In this document: positions 60,766 to 64,000 of the stretch, piece by piece
Layout: each line of letters starts with the position of its first letter
How positions within the stretch are numbered: the first letter of the stretch is position 1
IMG/VR virus record: IMGVR_UViG_3300043467_001216
Source of the DNA: a virus
Lineage: Duplodnaviria > Heunggongvirae > Uroviricota > Caudoviricetes
Reading direction: 5' to 3' (one strand)
Length of the DNA stretch: 64,000 nt
Notes under the pieces: generated by a model
What the model saw: only the letters and a program-made list of their open reading frames with translations
Databases searched by the model: none
Told to the model about the DNA's origin: nothing
Program-made: the position numbers and the translations under genes

Positions 60766-62670
60766 ATGGAAGATGAAGAATCAGTAGGCGGTATGGCTGA
60801 AGGATTGGCCGGTAAAAGTAAAAAAGTACAAGAAATTTTAGATAGTAATACCAAAATTGGGAGTATTATGAAAGAAGTTACTGCGGCGGAAGAATCTTAT
60901 TCTAAACTCGCGAAACAAATGGGTGTCGGTCGTGAATCGGCTGAGGGGATAAAACGTGCGATGACTGATGCGTATTCTGAGGTTGCTAAGTTAGGTGGTA
61001 GTGCTGAGAGTATTGAAGAAATGCACAAAGGACTCATTGAAGCGACAGGTAGGAACATATTATTAGCGACTGATTATCAAGACGATTTATTCGCAGCTGC
61101 TGAAGTTGCAGGTCAAAGTACTTCAACTTTAACAAAGGCGTTTGTTGATGCGGGTTACAGTGTGTATAACATTGGTGAAGAAATGAATGGTGTTTTTAAC
61201 ACTGCTCGTGAGATGGGTGTGAGTTTATCAAAAGTTACCGAACAAGTTTTATCAAATATGGGAAAACTTGATGACTATAATTTCCAAGGTGGTGTTGAAG
61301 GTTTAGCAAAAATGGCGGCAACCACTGCGACTTTACGTGTTGATATGGGTACGATAATGGGTGTTGTTGAAAAAGCATTTGACCCTGAAGGTGCTATTAA
61401 AATGGCGTCAGCATTCCAAAGATTAGGAGTTACCCAAAGTGAATTGTTAGACCCACTTAAATTGATGAATATGTCAATGAATGACCCTGAACAATTTGCT
61501 AAGTCACTTGGTGAAATGGGTAAATCTTTGACTGAGTTAGACGCTAAAGGTAATGTTAGAATTGCACCTGGTAGTATTCGAAAAATGAGACAATTGGCTC
61601 AGGAAATGGGTATTTCAACAGGAGAGTTATCTAAAATGTCTAAAGCAGCGAAAGAGGCTGAGATTAAAATGCAGAAAATTCAATTCCCAAGTGATTTAGG
61701 AATTTCTGAAGAACAAAAACAATTATTAACTAATGTTTCACAACTAAAAGATGGTGAAGTGAAAATTAATGTTAATGGTCAAATGCAAGACTTAAATAAA
61801 GTTCTTCAGGATATTGGTGGTGATAAAAACAAATTAAATGAATTACTTGAAGCCAATACACCAAAGACTACTGAAGAGTTGTTAAGAGAGTCAAATACTT
61901 ATGAAAAAGAACAACTTAATGCTTTAAACGCATTAAGAGGTAAAACAGGTAAAGCTATTGCTTCAAGTAGTACAACAGGTAAATTTTTAGAAGCTGAAAA
62001 TCAATTAGTTTTGGGTGTTGCAAATACATTCGATAAGGCGTTAAATATATCGAGTATCAGAAAAGGATTTGATGATAATGTTGGTGGTATAAGTACAGCT
62101 TTAGCTAAATTAGCAACAGGTGAAGGTTCTATGACTGATGTTGCAAACGCATTTAAGGACGCTGCCACAAAAACTGGTGAAGGTCTTACTAAAGTATATG
62201 ATGATGTTAAAAAATTTGGTACTGAAGAGACTGAAAAAATTATGGGTGGTAAAAATGAGTACGCTAAAGCGGTTGTTACCATTTTAGATAAATTTGTAGA
62301 GTACGCAGGTAAAGTTGAAAAAGTTGATGTTGATTTAATTGATAATAAAAAAAAAGAAACCATAAAAGAAATTTCCGAACCGACATTAACTAAAATAAAT
62401 CCCACAACGTCAACTGATGTTTTAAAAGACGTTTCTATTGGTTCAGGTATTAGTCAACAACAGTTAGAGAAAATATTGGATGTTGAAAGTAAGACTAATA
62501 ACATTAACGGTGAAATAACTCTTAAATTAGATGTTAATGCACCTCCAGGTATGGATGTTAAACAATTAGAAATTATGTTAAAAGACCCTAAAGTTCGTAC
62601 TGCGGTTATAAATGCGATACACGCGGCTAAAACTAATGACGGTGCTAAAGGATATATGGGAAGAAAATAA
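60766..62670 (+). CDS. Tape-measure-like helical protein
   Basis: Ala/Gly/Met-rich helical composition; follows the chaperone-like genes. Confidence 0.65.
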   Translation: MEDEESVGGMAEGLAGKSKKVQEILDSNTKIGSIMKEVTAAEESYSKLAKQMGVGRESAEGIKRAMTDAYSEVAKLGGSAESIEEMHKGLIEATGRNILLATDYQDDLFAAAEVAGQSTSTLTKAFVDAGYSVYNIGEEMNGVFNTAREMGVSLSKVTEQVLSNMGKLDDYNFQGGVEGLAKMAATTATLRVDMGTIMGVVEKAFDPEGAIKMASAFQRLGVTQSELLDPLKLMNMSMNDPEQFAKSLGEMGKSLTELDAKGNVRIAPGSIRKMRQLAQEMGISTGELSKMSKAAKEAEIKMQKIQFPSDLGISEEQKQLLTNVSQLKDGEVKINVNGQMQDLNKVLQDIGGDKNKLNELLEANTPKTTEELLRESNTYEKEQLNALNALRGKTGKAIASSSTTGKFLEAENQLVLGVANTFDKALNISSIRKGFDDNVGGISTALAKLATGEGSMTDVANAFKDAATKTGEGLTKVYDDVKKFGTEETEKIMGGKNEYAKAVVTILDKFVEYAGKVEKVDVDLIDNKKKETIKEISEPTLTKINPTTSTDVLKDVSIGSGISQQQLEKILDVESKTNNINGEITLKLDVNAPPGMDVKQLEIMLKDPKVRTAVINAIHAAKTNDGAKGYMGRK

Positions 62671-62705
62671 AAAACATTCTATTTATAATATAAAAGAAAT
62701 AAGTA

Positions 62706-64000
62706 ATGCCGAATAGTACACTATCATTTGCTTCATCTTCATCATTTAGAGATGCGTTAATGGCTAAAAATTTAGCCACATACAGTGTGACAGGTGTGTA
62801 TACACCACCTGCAGGTCCACTAAATTATGAAATTATTTTGAATCAATCAGCAGTGGTTGATTCCCCTAATGATTTAATTGCTAATGACCCATTCGCTGAT
62901 AAATTATATACTTTAAATCAATTTGGGCCTGATGGTGGTTTTGATAAGACTATTGGTTTTAACGGACCATTGTTACCTATTATTCCAAATCAAGGACCTT
63001 ACGCTCCACTTCAAAGTACTGTGTTAAGTAGTGGTGGTTTATATTTAAATATTTTACCAACATCACCATTAATACAAAACAAATTTATACCACTTACAGG
63101 GAATTATCAATATGTTATAAATGTTAATGACATACAAAATAATAATAAATTATTTTTACCATATGTTTTAGATAATACAGTAACACCAGCAACTTACATA
63201 GCGTCATTATATTCACCGTATGAAATATTAATATCTACTGACCCAACAGGTAGTGATGGTAAATTATCTAATGATTCTTACTTAGCCAGAATTGGTGCTA
63301 AACAATTAAACTTCTTATTTCAAGAAAGAGTTAATTTTGAAATTTATCAGAATACTGTTGGTGCGGTTAATTTACAATCATTATCAGACCCATTTGAGGC
63401 GAGTTTATTGGCTTCAGGTAAAGAACCTTTAATTTATCGTAATTGGAGAATTACAGTTCCTGAATCACCTGTGACAGCAGCCTTTGATTTTGCTACAAGA
63501 TTGTCAGGTGCTTATTGGCCTGTTTCTTTTATACCTGGTGATTATTTTGATGAAAATACTAGTGGAGGTCTTCAAACTCAACAAACCTCAAACGCGTTAA
63601 ATGTTATTAATCAATTAACGGGGGGGTTTTTAGGTCCGATATTAAATATTAAAAGAAATCCTTCACAAATATTTTTAGCAAACACAGGTAACGGTCAAAG
63701 GTCGGTATTGTTTAACAATATTGATTTAAATAGATATCAACCGGGTTATAAAAAAGACTTTGGTGGTATATTAGGTATTGCACAAGCGATAGTTAATTTA
63801 GCTGCGAGTCTAATTAATGATAATGGTACGTTATCGGGAGGTTACTATGTTGGTAGTGTTAATTCAGAACCTAGTACTATAACATCACCTTCAGATGCAA
63901 TACCTGTCAATCCTTATGGGGAACAAGTTGAAAGTCCTGTTTATGGGCCTTCAGAGTTAGGTATATTGTTTGAAGGTAATCAAAATGATTTAAATTTTGG
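62706..64000 (+). CDS. Partial large structural protein (MPNSTLSFASS...), runs off the window
   Basis: ATG at 62706 after TATTTATA at 62680; appears open to the window end. Confidence 0.75.
   Translation, partial: MPNSTLSFASSSSFRDALMAKNLATYSVTGVYTPPAGPLNYEIILNQSAVVDSPNDLIANDPFADKLYTLNQFGPDGGFDKTIGFNGPLLPIIPNQGPYAPLQSTVLSSGGLYLNILPTSPLIQNKFIPLTGNYQYVINVNDIQNNNKLFLPYVLDNTVTPATYIASLYSPYEILISTDPTGSDGKLSNDSYLARIGAKQLNFLFQERVNFEIYQNTVGAVNLQSLSDPFEASLLASGKEPLIYRNWRITVPESPVTAAFDFATRLSGAYWPVSFIPGDYFDENTSGGLQTQQTSNALNVINQLTGGFLGPILNIKRNPSQIFLANTGNGQRSVLFNNIDLNRYQPGYKKDFGGILGIAQAIVNLAASLINDNGTLSGGYYVGSVNSEPSTITSPSDAIPVNPYGEQVESPVYGPSELGILFEGNQNDLNF

Noticed and set aside
1-64000. Stop-codon reassignment
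   Set aside because: Genes are full length in code 11, and TAG and TGA both act as real stops (e.g. 14549, 60583)

Overview
AT-rich (~30% GC by eye), gene-dense fragment of a large myovirus-type (jumbo-like) dsDNA phage with T4-like structural genes, standard genetic code, and no tRNA, CRISPR, integrase, intron or intein visible. Left arm (1-19.3 kb, minus strand): gp55-like late sigma factor, HAD nucleotidase, PhoH, dUTPase, standalone 3'-5' exonuclease, WYL protein, and a glycan-modification cluster (seven glycosyltransferase genes, a short DegT aminotransferase, a hexapeptide acetyltransferase, a PhyH-type dioxygenase, tandem methyltransferases). Centre (19.3-43.6 kb, plus strand): Thr/Pro-repeat (mucin-like) putative virion proteins, including a 3795-aa giant, followed directly by a five-gene glycosyltransferase operon (GT60-like polypeptide GlcNAc transferase, GT11, GT25, two YibB/GT6-like). 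Right (43.7-64 kb): family B DNA polymerase, neck protein, SOD-nuclease fusion, SNF2 helicase, head-tail connectors, tail sheath, tail tube, gp26/gp51-like pair, tape-measure-like protein. The main candidate novel system is a phage-encoded mucin-type protein O-glycosylation pathway located next to its likely substrates. Other signals: a recurring TATTTAT putative late promoter, a candidate +1 frameshift, gene insertions with duplicated 5' ends, and possible prohead-protease-processed cargo enzymes. All family assignments come from motif recognition by eye; no searches were run.
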